A DNA stretch of 64,000 nucleotides, taken from contig CAYNNG010000002.1 in assembly GCA_964398655.1 (NCBI GenBank), positions 17,449 to 81,448 on the forward strand. Reading direction: 5' to 3'. The notes beneath the pieces are model-generated. The model saw only the letters and a list, made by a program, of their open reading frames with translations. It made no database searches and had not been told where the DNA came from. The DNA is from an uncultured Oscillospiraceae bacterium. Lineage in GTDB: Bacteria; Bacillota; Clostridia; Saccharofermentanales; DTU023. Below are positions 16,298 to 26,672 of the stretch, piece after piece (position 1 is the first letter of the stretch; each line of letters begins with the position of its first letter). The position numbers were made by a program, and so were the translations under genes.

Positions 16298-17833
16298 ATG
16301 CGTTATCTGGCGGTAATTAATCTAGGCTCTCATGAGATCTCGCTGAGTATCTGTCAGCTGCGTAATTGTGAGTGCCCTAAGCTGATAGAAAAGGTGGGCC
16401 GGGCCTTGGCTTTTGGCGCGGATACCTATTCAGAAGGCGCTATTTCGGAAGAAAAGATTGTGGAGCTCATGGAGGTCCTGGCAGACTTCCAGCTCAAACT
16501 TCAAGAGTATCCTGGGATAGAGTTGGTGGCTGTGGCGGAATCTGCTATTAGAGAGGCATGCAACCGTCTTTTTATTTTAGATCTGATTCAGCGCAAAACT
16601 GGCTTTAAAGTTGAAATCCTCTCAAATAATGAGCAGGTCTACTATCAATTGCTGGCCTTGTCTCATAAGCTGCAGGACTTTGACCAGCTGGTTGCAGAAG
16701 CTACTTTAGCCGTGGAGCTGGGGGCTGGCTCCATTCAATTTACCCTTTATGACCAGGGCAGGCTTTTGAGTACACAAAACATGAAGCTGGGGTCTTTGCG
16801 CATTGCTTCCGTCTTGGAAGAACTGCGGGAGCACGCGAGCAACTTTGAAGATTATGTCCTGGAATTTATTTCGGGCGACCTGGCCTACTATAAGTCCCAT
16901 GAAAACCGGGTGGACCAGGTTAAGAACTTAGTAATCAATGGGAGCAATCTTTACTATCTGCGGCAATTGGCTGGTCTCAGCCCTGAGAGCGCAATTTTGT
17001 GCCAGCGCGACCTGCAAAAGGCCTTAGATGTTTTAACGCACAAGAGCTCGCAAGCCTTAATTCGTGAAAACCACATTCCTTCAGAGCATGTAAAGCTGCT
17101 CCTGCCTACAGCCTTGATTGTCGGAGAGGTCTTTCGTTTTACTGACCTGGACCAGGCTTATTTGCCTGATACCAACATGGAGGAGGGGATCATTTTAGCC
17201 TATGCCGTGCGGGAGTCCCGTTACCAAGTCCAGCATGATTTTGCGGCAGACCGCTTAAATTTGGCCAGGTCCCTGTCGCATCATTACAAGACAGACCAGG
17301 CCCACTGCGGCCAGGTGGAAAAACTAGCCCTGCAGATCTTTGACGAGACAAAGAAGCTGCATGGGCTGGGAGCTAAAGAGCGTGAAATGCTGCAAATGGC
17401 AGCCATCCTGCACAATGTCGGAAAATATATCAGCATTACTAAGGATGACCAGCGGTCGTACGATATTGTGAAGTCAGCGGAAATCCCTGGTATGTCCGAT
17501 CAGGACATGGATTTTTTAGCCCAACTAATCTATGTCCATGACTTTCATAAGTTTCAGGACCTGGAAGTAGGGAAGTACCAAGGACCAGCAAACTCCCTGC
17601 GCTTGTTCAAATTGGCAGCTATCCTGGTTCTCGCCAATGCCATGGATATTAGCCACCGGCAAAAAATTGCAGAAGTTAAGGTCCGCTGCAAGAAAGACCG
17701 ACCACGTTTTTTCCTCTACTCTTCCGAGGATATCACCCTTGAGCTGTGGAACCTAGAGCAAGCCAAGGAATTTTTTGACCAAGTCTTTTTGACCAATATT
17801 GAATTTGTGGCCCGTATTCTGCCACAGACTTAA
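16298..17833 (+). CDS. ppx: Ppx/GppA-family exopolyphosphatase with a C-terminal HD-like domain
   Basis: The N-terminal AVINLGSHEISLSI... and ELGAGSIQFT show the ASKHA fold pattern of Ppx/GppA. The C-terminal part is AAILHNVGKYIS. The ATG at 16298 follows the SD GGGAGG. Confidence 0.8.
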   Translation: MRYLAVINLGSHEISLSICQLRNCECPKLIEKVGRALAFGADTYSEGAISEEKIVELMEVLADFQLKLQEYPGIELVAVAESAIREACNRLFILDLIQRKTGFKVEILSNNEQVYYQLLALSHKLQDFDQLVAEATLAVELGAGSIQFTLYDQGRLLSTQNMKLGSLRIASVLEELREHASNFEDYVLEFISGDLAYYKSHENRVDQVKNLVINGSNLYYLRQLAGLSPESAILCQRDLQKALDVLTHKSSQALIRENHIPSEHVKLLLPTALIVGEVFRFTDLDQAYLPDTNMEEGIILAYAVRESRYQVQHDFAADRLNLARSLSHHYKTDQAHCGQVEKLALQIFDETKKLHGLGAKEREMLQMAAILHNVGKYISITKDDQRSYDIVKSAEIPGMSDQDMDFLAQLIYVHDFHKFQDLEVGKYQGPANSLRLFKLAAILVLANAMDISHRQKIAEVKVRCKKDRPRFFLYSSEDITLELWNLEQAKEFFDQVFLTNIEFVARILPQT

Positions 17834-17846
17834 GGAGTATAAGTCC

Positions 17847-20036
17847 ATGTTTTACCAAGAGGTGATAGATACCTTTGATCGACCGCAAGCTGAGCCTGCT
17901 CTGGCAGCTGGTGAGTCGGCTTATATTAACCGCGAGCTTTCCTGGATGGAGTTTAATGACCGCTGTTTAGAAGAGGCCCGCGACCGCAATAATCCCCTAT
18001 ACGAGCGTTTAAACTTCCTAGCGATCACTTGCAGCAACCTGGACGAGTACACCACCATTCGCATTGCTTCCTTGATTAATATTATCGAGGCAGGTGGTAC
18101 CCGCCCAGAGCCGGCAGGCTTAAGTCCCCAGGCTCAACTCGAAAAGCTTTTGGAGAAGAATAAAAAATTCTTTAAAAAGCAATATTCTACCTATAATCGG
18201 CAAATCATTCCTGCTCTAGCTGAAGAAGGTGTATTCATCTTGCAAGCGCAAGACCTGAGCGAGGACCAAAAGCACGATTTGGATACCTACTTCACGAAGC
18301 GGGTATTCCCTGTGCTCACTCCCATGGCGGTAGACTCTGCGCGGCCTTTCCCGCTTTTAGCCACCCGGTCCTTGAATCTAATTGTGATGCTCCGTGAAAT
18401 GGGGGAAGAATATCCCTTGGGCGAGGAGGGATTCCCGCCCTTCGCCCTGATTCAGGTGCCGGCTAACCTGCCGCGTCTGGTCAAACTCAAGACGGCCGAA
18501 GTCGGAAGACACGAGTTTATTCTCTTAGAAGATGTGATCCGCTTATTCTTAGACCGGCTTTTTGACAACCAGGAAATTTCGGCAGTCTATGCTTTCCGGG
18601 TGATGCGAGACGCAGACTTTGATATTGATGAAGATGAAACTGCTGACCTCTTGGCAGAAATTGAAGAACGCTTGGAGCTGCGTAAAAGAGGCCAGGTCAT
18701 CCGTCTGGAAATTGAACATGACGCTCCCAAATCCGTACGTCAAATCTTCAAGCTGGTCTTAGACCTGCCGGATGAGCAGATTTTCCGCATCCGCGGACCT
18801 ATTGACTTGGTCTTTGTCCGGGAGATTACCAAGGCTGTAGCTCGGCCTGACTTGCAATATCCGCCCTTTAGTCCTCAGCCTTCGCCGGGTTTTCTGGCAG
18901 ACCCAGATCCCTTTGCTTGTATTCGCCAGGGTGATATCCTCTTGCACCACCCCTATGAGAGCTTTCAGCACACCATAGATGTTATCGAGAAGGCGGCGAA
19001 GGATCCCCAGGTCTTGGCGATCAAGCAGACCCTTTACCGTGTGTCGGGCCAATCGCCCATTATCAAGGCCCTGGCCAACGCTGCCCTGGCGGGCAAGCAG
19101 GTAATGGTCTTGGTCGAACTTAAGGCCCGTTTTGACGAGGCCAATAATATCCACTGGGCCAGGCAATTAGAGCGTGCGGGCTGTCATGTACTCTACGGCC
19201 TTAAAGGCTTGAAGACCCATTCCAAGATTACTCTGATCGTGCGGGAAGAGGAGGATGGGCTCCGGAGATACGTGCATGTGGGTACAGGAAACTACAATGA
19301 CACCACGGCTAAAATCTACACCGATATTGGCATCTGGTCCTGCAATGATAGCCTGGGTGATGATGCTTCGAACTTCTTTAACATGATTTCCGGCTATTCT
19401 TTGCCCCACAACTGGAAGCAAGTCATACCTGCTCCTCGCTGGCTAAGAGATGATACAGTGTTCCGCATCCGTCAGGAGGCAGAGCATGCCCGCAAGGGTC
19501 GCAAGGCTATGATTGTGGCTAAAATGAACTCTTTGGTGGACCCGGGGATTATTGCAGAGCTGTATGCGGCTTCCCAAGCGGGAGTAATCATCCGACTCAT
19601 CGTGCGGGGCATTTCCTGCCTGCGGCCGGGCATTCAGGGCCTGTCAGAAAATATAGAGGTGCGCAGCCTAGTCGGACGTTTCCTGGAGCATTCGCGTATC
19701 TTCTACTATTACAATGATGGGGAAGAAGACCTCTTGATCGGATCCGCAGACTGGATGCCGAGGAATCTTGACCGCCGCATTGAGCTATTGACACCAGTCT
19801 ACGATGAAGCATGCCGCAGCAGAATTTTAGAAATTTTAAGCTTGGAACTGCGAGATACGGAAAGAGCGAGAATAGAGCTGCCTTCGGGTTTTTATAAGCG
19901 GGTAGACCGGCGGGGGAAGGAACTCTTAGATTCTCAAGCAGACCTGTGCCAAGCTGCGATTAACGCTGCGCAAGAAGCTAGACCTGATCTCCTTAACCAA
20001 ACGCGTTATAAACCACGCACGGGGCCACGTGAATAA
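17847..20036 (+). CDS. ppk: Polyphosphate kinase 1
   Basis: The sequence YINRELSWMEFNDRCLEEA...NPLYERLNFLAI...GLKTHSKITLIVR...VGTGNYN...SADWMPRNLDRRIE is the PPK1 signature. The ATG at 17847 follows the SD AAGGAG. Confidence 0.92.
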   Translation: MFYQEVIDTFDRPQAEPALAAGESAYINRELSWMEFNDRCLEEARDRNNPLYERLNFLAITCSNLDEYTTIRIASLINIIEAGGTRPEPAGLSPQAQLEKLLEKNKKFFKKQYSTYNRQIIPALAEEGVFILQAQDLSEDQKHDLDTYFTKRVFPVLTPMAVDSARPFPLLATRSLNLIVMLREMGEEYPLGEEGFPPFALIQVPANLPRLVKLKTAEVGRHEFILLEDVIRLFLDRLFDNQEISAVYAFRVMRDADFDIDEDETADLLAEIEERLELRKRGQVIRLEIEHDAPKSVRQIFKLVLDLPDEQIFRIRGPIDLVFVREITKAVARPDLQYPPFSPQPSPGFLADPDPFACIRQGDILLHHPYESFQHTIDVIEKAAKDPQVLAIKQTLYRVSGQSPIIKALANAALAGKQVMVLVELKARFDEANNIHWARQLERAGCHVLYGLKGLKTHSKITLIVREEEDGLRRYVHVGTGNYNDTTAKIYTDIGIWSCNDSLGDDASNFFNMISGYSLPHNWKQVIPAPRWLRDDTVFRIRQEAEHARKGRKAMIVAKMNSLVDPGIIAELYAASQAGVIIRLIVRGISCLRPGIQGLSENIEVRSLVGRFLEHSRIFYYYNDGEEDLLIGSADWMPRNLDRRIELLTPVYDEACRSRILEILSLELRDTERARIELPSGFYKRVDRRGKELLDSQADLCQAAINAAQEARPDLLNQTRYKPRTGPRE

Positions 20037-20161
20037 TTATCCCGATTTATATTTAGAGATTAATCTGGGGCGAACTTTTCTTTAAGCGCCAAGCTAAGTA
20101 TAATAACCTGTGTACAGACAAGATCCTGGATTTTAGGAGCATATTAAGAAAGGGGTTGTCT

Positions 20162-21076
20162 ATGTCTCAAGAACCTATTTTATTAATTTTAGCTGCAGGC
20201 CTTGGCTCCCGTTATGGTGGGCTTAAACAAATTGACCCCTTGGGTCCTAACGGCGAGATCTTGATGGAGTATTCCATCTATGACGCGGTAAAAGCTGGTT
20301 TCAAACGCGTAGTATTCATTATCGGAGATGATGAAGCCTTGTTTAAAGAGGCTATTGGCAGCCGGCTGAAGGCAGATTTAGACATTGTCTACCGCCAGCA
20401 GAAGCTCGACGACCTGCCTCAAGGCTTTAGTGTGCCTGAGGGCAGAGTAAAACCCTGGGGCACTGTTCATGCGGTCTTAGCGGCCCGGGATGCGTTAGAT
20501 GCTCCCTTTGCTGTAATTAACTCTGATGACTACTACGGGCCCAAAGCCTATCAGCTGGTTTATGACTATTTAAAGCACGAATCTCAGCCTAACCAGGCCC
20601 TATTGGTAAATTATATTTTGGAAAACACCTTATCCAAACACGGTTTTGTGACTAGGGCTATCTGTGATATTGACCAAGACCAGCAGCTGCGTTTCCTGGA
20701 GGAGCGTTTCCGTCTAGAAGCGGAGGGTGACCGTGTACGCTACTCCCAAGATGAGGGGCAGACTTATGGCTACGTGGCAAAAGATGCGCCTTGCTCCATG
20801 AACTTCTGGGGCTTTGCCCGCAACTTTGTTGATCAGCTTCAGGCAGGTTTTGTGCCCTTCCTGACACAGGCTATGCAGGATAATCCTTTGAAAGCTGAAT
20901 ATCTCCTGCCGGAGCGTATTGGCAGCTTGATCCAGTCGGGTGATTTGCAAGTTACCTGCAAGCAAAGTTCTGATCAATGGATTGGCGTAACCTATAAGGA
21001 AGACAAGCCGCATGTAGTGGCATCTATTCAAAAGCTGATTGATCAAGGGAGGTACCCCGCAAAACTCTGGGGCTAA
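20162..21076 (+). CDS. NTP-transferase family protein (sugar-phosphate nucleotidylyltransferase-like); substrate unknown
   Basis: The N-terminal LLILAAGLGSRYGGLKQ is the glycine-rich loop of nucleotidyltransferases. VINSDDYY is a further motif of the family. Confidence 0.6.
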   Translation: MSQEPILLILAAGLGSRYGGLKQIDPLGPNGEILMEYSIYDAVKAGFKRVVFIIGDDEALFKEAIGSRLKADLDIVYRQQKLDDLPQGFSVPEGRVKPWGTVHAVLAARDALDAPFAVINSDDYYGPKAYQLVYDYLKHESQPNQALLVNYILENTLSKHGFVTRAICDIDQDQQLRFLEERFRLEAEGDRVRYSQDEGQTYGYVAKDAPCSMNFWGFARNFVDQLQAGFVPFLTQAMQDNPLKAEYLLPERIGSLIQSGDLQVTCKQSSDQWIGVTYKEDKPHVVASIQKLIDQGRYPAKLWG

Positions 21077-21082
21077 ATACAG

Positions 21083-22801
21083 ATGAATTTACGAGACCAA
21101 ACTATTGACCTCATCAGCCGGGTTCTCAACATGGACCCGGTTGCTATTTCCGAACTTGTTGAAACTCCACCCCAGGCTGATATGGGTGACTTGGCCTTGC
21201 CCTGCTTTAAGTTTGCCAAGCAGGAACGCAAAGCTCCGCAGATGATAGCCCAGGACTTGGCCGAGAAAATTTCTGCCCAAGCCCCTCACTTAGCGAAAGT
21301 TGAGGCCAAGGGTCCCTATGTAAACTTTTTCTATGACCGTTCTGCCTATGCGGCTTCCATCTTTCAAGCAGGCTCAGACCAGCCGGATAAATTAATTGGC
21401 CATGTTAGTGATCCCGCGCGGGCAGACCAAGTAGTCTTGGTTGAGTATTCTTCGCCCAATATCGCTAAACCCTTCCATGTGGGGCATGGCTTTTCCACCA
21501 TCCTAGGAGACGCAATTGCCAAACTCTATGCTTATCAAGGCTATACGGTTAAGCGGCTTAACCACCTTGGTGACTATGGCACCCAATTTGGCCGTCTCAT
21601 TTACGCCTGGCTGGCTTGGGGCGACGAAGCCGCACTGGAAAAAGAGCCGATCAAGGAACTGACCAGAGTTTATGTCAAGTTCCACCAGCTGGCGGAAGAT
21701 AATCCAGAAATGTACGATGCAGCCAGGGACCACTTCCGCCGCTTGGAGCTGGGGGAAGAGCTGGAATATAAATTGTGGGAACGCTTTAGAAAGCTTAGTC
21801 TCCAGGAATTTGCACGGATTTATGACCGCCTGAATATTTCTTTTGACTCCTACAACGGAGAAAGTTTTTACTCCGACAAGATGCCGGCCATCGTAGACCT
21901 GCTCAGGGAAAAGGGCTTGCTGGTGGAAAGCCAGGGGGCTCAAGTGGTTATGCTGGATGAGTACAATCTCACGCCTTGCATTATTCTTAAGTCAGATGGG
22001 TCATCTATTTATGCAACCAGGGACATTACGGCGATTTTTTACCGGGCTGAGACTTGGGACTACTATCGTAACGTTTATATCGTAGGTAAAGAACAAACTC
22101 ACCACTTCCAGCAGGTCTTCGCGGTCCTAGACAAACTGGGGCATCCAAAGGCGGGTAAGAACTATCATGTGGCTTTTGGCAGACTTTCTTTTGGAGACCA
22201 GGACTTTTCAACGCGGGCTGGCAAGGTCATCCTGCTGGAAGAATTCCTGGACGAAACCGTAAAGCGGGTCTCAGAGATTATGGATGAAGGCGGCTTCGAT
22301 CTGGCTGACCAGAAAGAAGCGATTGCAGAAGATATTGGGGTTGCCGCGGTTAAGTTTATTTACCTCCGGGCTGGACGGGAGCATGATATCGCCTTCTCCT
22401 GGGATGAGATGCTGGACTTTACCGGAGACACTGCCCCCTATCTGCTATACGCCTATGCGCGGGCTAGAAGTGTTTTGCGTAAATCAGGAGTCACGCAGGA
22501 AGAACTGGCCCAAGCCAAGATTGAACTCTTAACTGAAGATACCGAGTTCCAAGTCTTAAAAAGTCTGGCTCAGCTGGAGCAAGCTAGTGTGGAGGCGGTA
22601 GAGGCTTACGAGCCCTCTATTCTCACGCGGCAGATTATTAGCTTAGTGCGAGATTACAGCCGTTTTTACCAATCTGTCTCCATCTTAAGAGCAGAGGATC
22701 CGGACCTGCGCCTGGCCAGACTCGCCCTGTGCAACCTATTTGCCTCACAGCTTAAGCTGGCTTTAGGTCTCTTAGGCATTGAAGTCGTAGAGAGAATGTA
22801 G
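21083..22801 (+). CDS. argS: Arginine--tRNA ligase
   Basis: YSSPNIAKPFHVGH is the HIGH region. The C-terminal anticodon-binding pattern ends ...VERM, as in ArgS. The length is 572 aa. Confidence 0.92.
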   Translation: MNLRDQTIDLISRVLNMDPVAISELVETPPQADMGDLALPCFKFAKQERKAPQMIAQDLAEKISAQAPHLAKVEAKGPYVNFFYDRSAYAASIFQAGSDQPDKLIGHVSDPARADQVVLVEYSSPNIAKPFHVGHGFSTILGDAIAKLYAYQGYTVKRLNHLGDYGTQFGRLIYAWLAWGDEAALEKEPIKELTRVYVKFHQLAEDNPEMYDAARDHFRRLELGEELEYKLWERFRKLSLQEFARIYDRLNISFDSYNGESFYSDKMPAIVDLLREKGLLVESQGAQVVMLDEYNLTPCIILKSDGSSIYATRDITAIFYRAETWDYYRNVYIVGKEQTHHFQQVFAVLDKLGHPKAGKNYHVAFGRLSFGDQDFSTRAGKVILLEEFLDETVKRVSEIMDEGGFDLADQKEAIAEDIGVAAVKFIYLRAGREHDIAFSWDEMLDFTGDTAPYLLYAYARARSVLRKSGVTQEELAQAKIELLTEDTEFQVLKSLAQLEQASVEAVEAYEPSILTRQIISLVRDYSRFYQSVSILRAEDPDLRLARLALCNLFASQLKLALGLLGIEVVERM

Positions 22802-22804
22802 CTC

Positions 22805-24508
22805 ATGGAGGATAAGAGCTTGGCCATGCTAGCGGATATTCCCCGCTTTAGCGACTTGAGTTTTGCCCCCTGCCCAGAGGCAGAGCTGGTTCAGCTCACG
22901 TCAGACATCCAAGCTCTTATTTCTCAGGAGAGGGGAGCAGAACAGGCTGCCCGCAGTCTCTTATCCTTTCAGCAAATTCTTTTAACCAAGCAAAGTCAGG
23001 TGAATTACGCCCGCATTTGTCAGGCCTTAAAGCCCGATCAGAGGCAGGAGGCTAATAAGGTGCTGGAAGGAGCCTGCCCTAGTCTTCGCCTGGCAGAGGC
23101 CAAGGGGGCAGTCTATCGAGCCATTGCCAACTATCCTTATGAGGCCATGGAAGGTTCAGCCGAAGACATGGACCTCTGGTCCAGGGCTTGGCGCTGGTCC
23201 CGTTTTGAAGAGCTAATTCCTGTAAAAGTCTGGGATCGAGAGAATGACCTGGTTCAAGCCTTACAAGCCCTAAAACCTTCGGCCCTGAGTATATGGGAAG
23301 AGGTAAATCAGTCTGGCTTCCCGGGGGACGCTTTGATTGCCCATGATGACCGGCTGGCTTTTTTTCAAGCCTTTATCCGTAAACTGCGGAAAGATCACGC
23401 AGAAAGAACCCAGCTGTGTCTGGAGCTGCTGGCGGTCAGGGGGCAGATCGCTCAAGATACAGGCTTTGCTAATTACTCTGATTACCACGAGGCCAGGCGA
23501 GGTAAGCGGTCCTTTGGCCGCAAGGCGGAACTCAATTTTATTAAAGACTTTCGCACCCACTTTCTCCCCATCTGGCAGGAGCTGAAGGAGCTAAAAGATT
23601 ACCGCTTAGGCCTCGCGGCTGAGGCCTGGTTGGATTACCCTGTTTTGTCGCAGCATGGACGAATTCCGCTGATTTCCGAAGGTCCCGAACTGAAACAACA
23701 ATTTGCTTCCTCCTTAGCGGAGTTGACCGGGCATCCTCAGCACTTTCTTTTGAACCTCATTGATAAGGGCTATATCAGCTATGACAGTCTAGTTAGGGAG
23801 AGCTTAGGCACACCCTCCAGCTTGCTCATGTCTGTCCCGGCCTCCTTTTTAGCTCTGCCTTTGGACGGACGCCGGCCCCTGACGCGAAGCTTCCTGGATG
23901 CTGGCTATGCCCTGGCAGATATCTCTGCCATGCTCAACTACCACAGTCTGGGGTCCTCTAGGCAGGATGCTTACAGCAAACAGCTTTCTGCCTATTTGTT
24001 CTTAGTCCTAGCCCAGAAGGAACTGCCTGCCTTCTATGGTGAAAATGCGGATCTGGCTTGGGATATGGAATGGGCACAGCAATTGCAGATGAGCTTTTTA
24101 CGTTGCTTCTGCTATGTTTGGGAAAATCGCCTCTACCACATGCAGGGCAGGCTAAATGCTCTCCGCTTGCGTCAGGCTTTCAAGCAGACTTTGGCTAACC
24201 AGCTGGGATTCATCGGCCTCCCCACTTTTTCCGATGAGATCTTAGACCTCTTGTGGCCCTATATATTTTCCCTGAATCTGGAGGCTTATCAAGCGCTCGC
24301 GCCGGTCCTGGCTCTGGTGACGATTTTAGCGGTTCACCCGCAGCACCTCTCCAGGAGTTTGTTATCAAGCAAACTCAATAATTTCCTTCTGACCAATCCT
24401 GGAGGAGCAGTCTTAGACCGTTTAAATGAAGCGGCTCTGCCAGCACCCTTTGGCCAGGATAGTTTGAAAAAAGCCAGCTTCTCGGTTTGCGATCTTTTAG
24501 AACTTTAG
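22805..24508 (+). CDS. Hypothetical protein with distant M3 (oligoendopeptidase F-like) resemblance but no HExxH zinc motif
   Basis: The 567-aa length and helical pattern (..RGQIAQDTGFANYSDYHEARRG.., ..SFLDAGYALADI..) recall M3B peptidases. No HExxH occurs anywhere in the ORF. The start lies 3 nt after the argS stop. Confidence 0.35.
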   Translation: MEDKSLAMLADIPRFSDLSFAPCPEAELVQLTSDIQALISQERGAEQAARSLLSFQQILLTKQSQVNYARICQALKPDQRQEANKVLEGACPSLRLAEAKGAVYRAIANYPYEAMEGSAEDMDLWSRAWRWSRFEELIPVKVWDRENDLVQALQALKPSALSIWEEVNQSGFPGDALIAHDDRLAFFQAFIRKLRKDHAERTQLCLELLAVRGQIAQDTGFANYSDYHEARRGKRSFGRKAELNFIKDFRTHFLPIWQELKELKDYRLGLAAEAWLDYPVLSQHGRIPLISEGPELKQQFASSLAELTGHPQHFLLNLIDKGYISYDSLVRESLGTPSSLLMSVPASFLALPLDGRRPLTRSFLDAGYALADISAMLNYHSLGSSRQDAYSKQLSAYLFLVLAQKELPAFYGENADLAWDMEWAQQLQMSFLRCFCYVWENRLYHMQGRLNALRLRQAFKQTLANQLGFIGLPTFSDEILDLLWPYIFSLNLEAYQALAPVLALVTILAVHPQHLSRSLLSSKLNNFLLTNPGGAVLDRLNEAALPAPFGQDSLKKASFSVCDLLEL

Positions 24509-24533
24509 ACTGGAAAAGCAAGAATTCTGACTT

Positions 24534-26042
24534 ATGTTGAAACTCCCCGCAAAATTCATCACGGAAATGCAAGACCTGTGGTCCACCTATGACGCACCGG
24601 GCAAGTGGCAAGATTTTATTGAGAGCTTCCAAGAGCAGCCAACTGCGGGCTTGCTCCTGAACAAACTTAAACTGCAAAGTCTAGACGACCTGCCCTTCCC
24701 AGACCTTGAACCTGTGCCTTGGGCCAGGGCAGGTTATTTTCTTCCTCTTAAGCATAAACTTTCCGCAAGTGTGTATTACCGACAGGGACTTTTCTACCTG
24801 CAGGATCCCTCAGCTATGCTGCCCGCCGACCTAGCAGAGGCTAAACCGGGCGAGAAGGTCTTGGACCTTTGTGCTGCCCCGGGAGGTAAAGCTTTTGCGG
24901 TAACGGGCAGCCTAGAGGACCAGGGGCTGCTGTGGGCCAATGAAATCAACGAGAAGCGGGCCAGAGCCTTGAGCCGTAATGTTGAACTTGCAGGCTCTGC
25001 CCTGTGTGTGGTGTCCTGCCGCGATGCTCTGGGCTTCTCCCAGCAGTTTGTAGGCTCCGCGCCTTTTTTTGACTTGGTCTTAACGGATGTGCCCTGTACG
25101 GGTTCGGCCATGTTTAGGAAGGATCCTCGGGCCTTGCGGTCTTGGGCGCGCTACCGTGGACCGGAGATCCTTGACCTGCAGGCAGCTATCCTTGATGAAG
25201 CGGCAAAAAATCTTCGGCCTGGCGGCCGCCTGGTGTATTCTACCTGCTCTTACTCCTGGGCAGAGAATGAGGGACAGGTTATTAAATTCCTTGACCGCCA
25301 CCCTGACTTTTATCTTGCCCCCGTTAGCCGCCCAGGGGTCAGTCCTGGTCTTGCAGACCCGGAGGGCCGTTATCCCACGACCCATGCGCTGAGAATTTGG
25401 CCGCATTTATCTCGGGGAGAAGGGCAGTTTGCTGCTCTCCTGGTCAAACAGGAAACAGGACAAGGGGAGAGGGAAGTTCCGAACCCTAGCTTTAAGGAGA
25501 GAAATCCGCGGTATGGGCGGTCAGTCTTGGACGCCTGGGAAAGCTTTAGTCAGATAAACTTAAGTGGCCGCGGAAGATTAGGTGAACTCTTAAACAGTGG
25601 AAATTTTTACTTGAGAGTACAGGAGGATAAGCTCCACCTCTTACCGGCCTTGGCTCCCATTTCCCCACATAGTTATTATTTGAAAACTGGGCTCTACCTG
25701 GGCCAAGCCAAGGGCGAGGCTGGCTCCTTAGATTTTCAGCCCAGCCAGGCCTTAGCGCAATTCGTTTCGCAAGCTGACCCTAGATGGACCCTGGAGCTTG
25801 AGGACTGCACATTGTTAAGAGCAGCGCTGCGCGGTGAGACCTTGCTTAGAGATCAGGTATTAGCTGCCCTCGCAAGCCGAGAGGGGCGTTTATATCACGA
25901 GGGGACTTGTGCTAGAGTTGATGAGCTAAACTTGATACAAGCTGGAACCTATGTAGCTTTGGCTTTTGAAGGCCGGATCCTCTTATGGCTCAAGCTTCAA
26001 GATCATTTCTTCAAAAATACCTACCCCAGGTCCTGGATTTAG
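24534..26042 (+). CDS. RsmF/RsmB-like rRNA cytosine-C5 methyltransferase (NOL1/NOP2/Sun family)
   Basis: The motifs are VLDLCAAPGGKA, LTDVPCTGSAMFRKDP and LVYSTCSYSWAENE (the two catalytic Cys motifs). A PUA-like C-terminal extension follows. Confidence 0.85.
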   Translation: MLKLPAKFITEMQDLWSTYDAPGKWQDFIESFQEQPTAGLLLNKLKLQSLDDLPFPDLEPVPWARAGYFLPLKHKLSASVYYRQGLFYLQDPSAMLPADLAEAKPGEKVLDLCAAPGGKAFAVTGSLEDQGLLWANEINEKRARALSRNVELAGSALCVVSCRDALGFSQQFVGSAPFFDLVLTDVPCTGSAMFRKDPRALRSWARYRGPEILDLQAAILDEAAKNLRPGGRLVYSTCSYSWAENEGQVIKFLDRHPDFYLAPVSRPGVSPGLADPEGRYPTTHALRIWPHLSRGEGQFAALLVKQETGQGEREVPNPSFKERNPRYGRSVLDAWESFSQINLSGRGRLGELLNSGNFYLRVQEDKLHLLPALAPISPHSYYLKTGLYLGQAKGEAGSLDFQPSQALAQFVSQADPRWTLELEDCTLLRAALRGETLLRDQVLAALASREGRLYHEGTCARVDELNLIQAGTYVALAFEGRILLWLKLQDHFFKNTYPRSWI

Positions 26043-26066
26043 TGCCTGGTAGAAAGCAGGAAGATA

Positions 26067-26663
26067 ATGGAAATTGTCTTAGCTACCCATAACCCCGATA
26101 AGGTCAGAGAATTTCAAGAGATTCTTCAGGATCCTGATTTGAGCTTTATCAGCTTACATGAGCTGGGACTTGACGAAGATGTGGAAGAGACAGGAAAGTC
26201 TTACCAGGAGAACTCAGACCTTAAAGCCCAGGCTGCCTATGCCCAATTAAAACGTCCCGTCTTGGCGGATGACTCAGGGCTTTCGGTTAACGCTCTAGAC
26301 GGCTATCCGGGTATCTATTCGGCCCGCTTTGCAGGCGAACATACTTCCTATAAAGATAAAATTGCCCGACTCTGGCAGCTCCTAGCCCCCTTTCCGCAGG
26401 AAAGCTGGACTGCCTGCTTTTTCTGCTCGCTTTCGTATATTTCTTCATCTGGAGCGATCTATCATTATCAACGGTCGGTACCGGGACTTTTGCTGCCTGA
26501 ACGCCGAGGCGACCATGGCTTCGGTTATGATCCTATCTTCTATATTCCCAGTTTGGGGAAAACTACTGCAGAATTAGAACCCCAGCAAAAACATAGCATC
26601 AGCCACCGGGGCTTAGCCCTCAGAGACTGGTACCATGACCTTAAAGCGGGTAAGTTAGTCTAG
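26067..26663 (+). CDS. rdgB: Non-canonical purine NTP pyrophosphatase RdgB/HAM1 (dITP/XTP)
   Basis: The motifs are IVLATHNPDKVREFQEIL, ETGKSYQENSDLKA, LADDSGL, GFGYDPIF and SHRG. Confidence 0.9.
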   Translation: MEIVLATHNPDKVREFQEILQDPDLSFISLHELGLDEDVEETGKSYQENSDLKAQAAYAQLKRPVLADDSGLSVNALDGYPGIYSARFAGEHTSYKDKIARLWQLLAPFPQESWTACFFCSLSYISSSGAIYHYQRSVPGLLLPERRGDHGFGYDPIFYIPSLGKTTAELEPQQKHSISHRGLALRDWYHDLKAGKLV

Positions 26664-26672
26664 GAGCCGGAG

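Noticed and set aside
21077-21082. A T-box leader upstream of argS
   Set aside because: The intergenic gap to the preceding gene is only 6 nt, so there is no room for a leader. argS is apparently co-transcribed with the nucleotidyltransferase gene.
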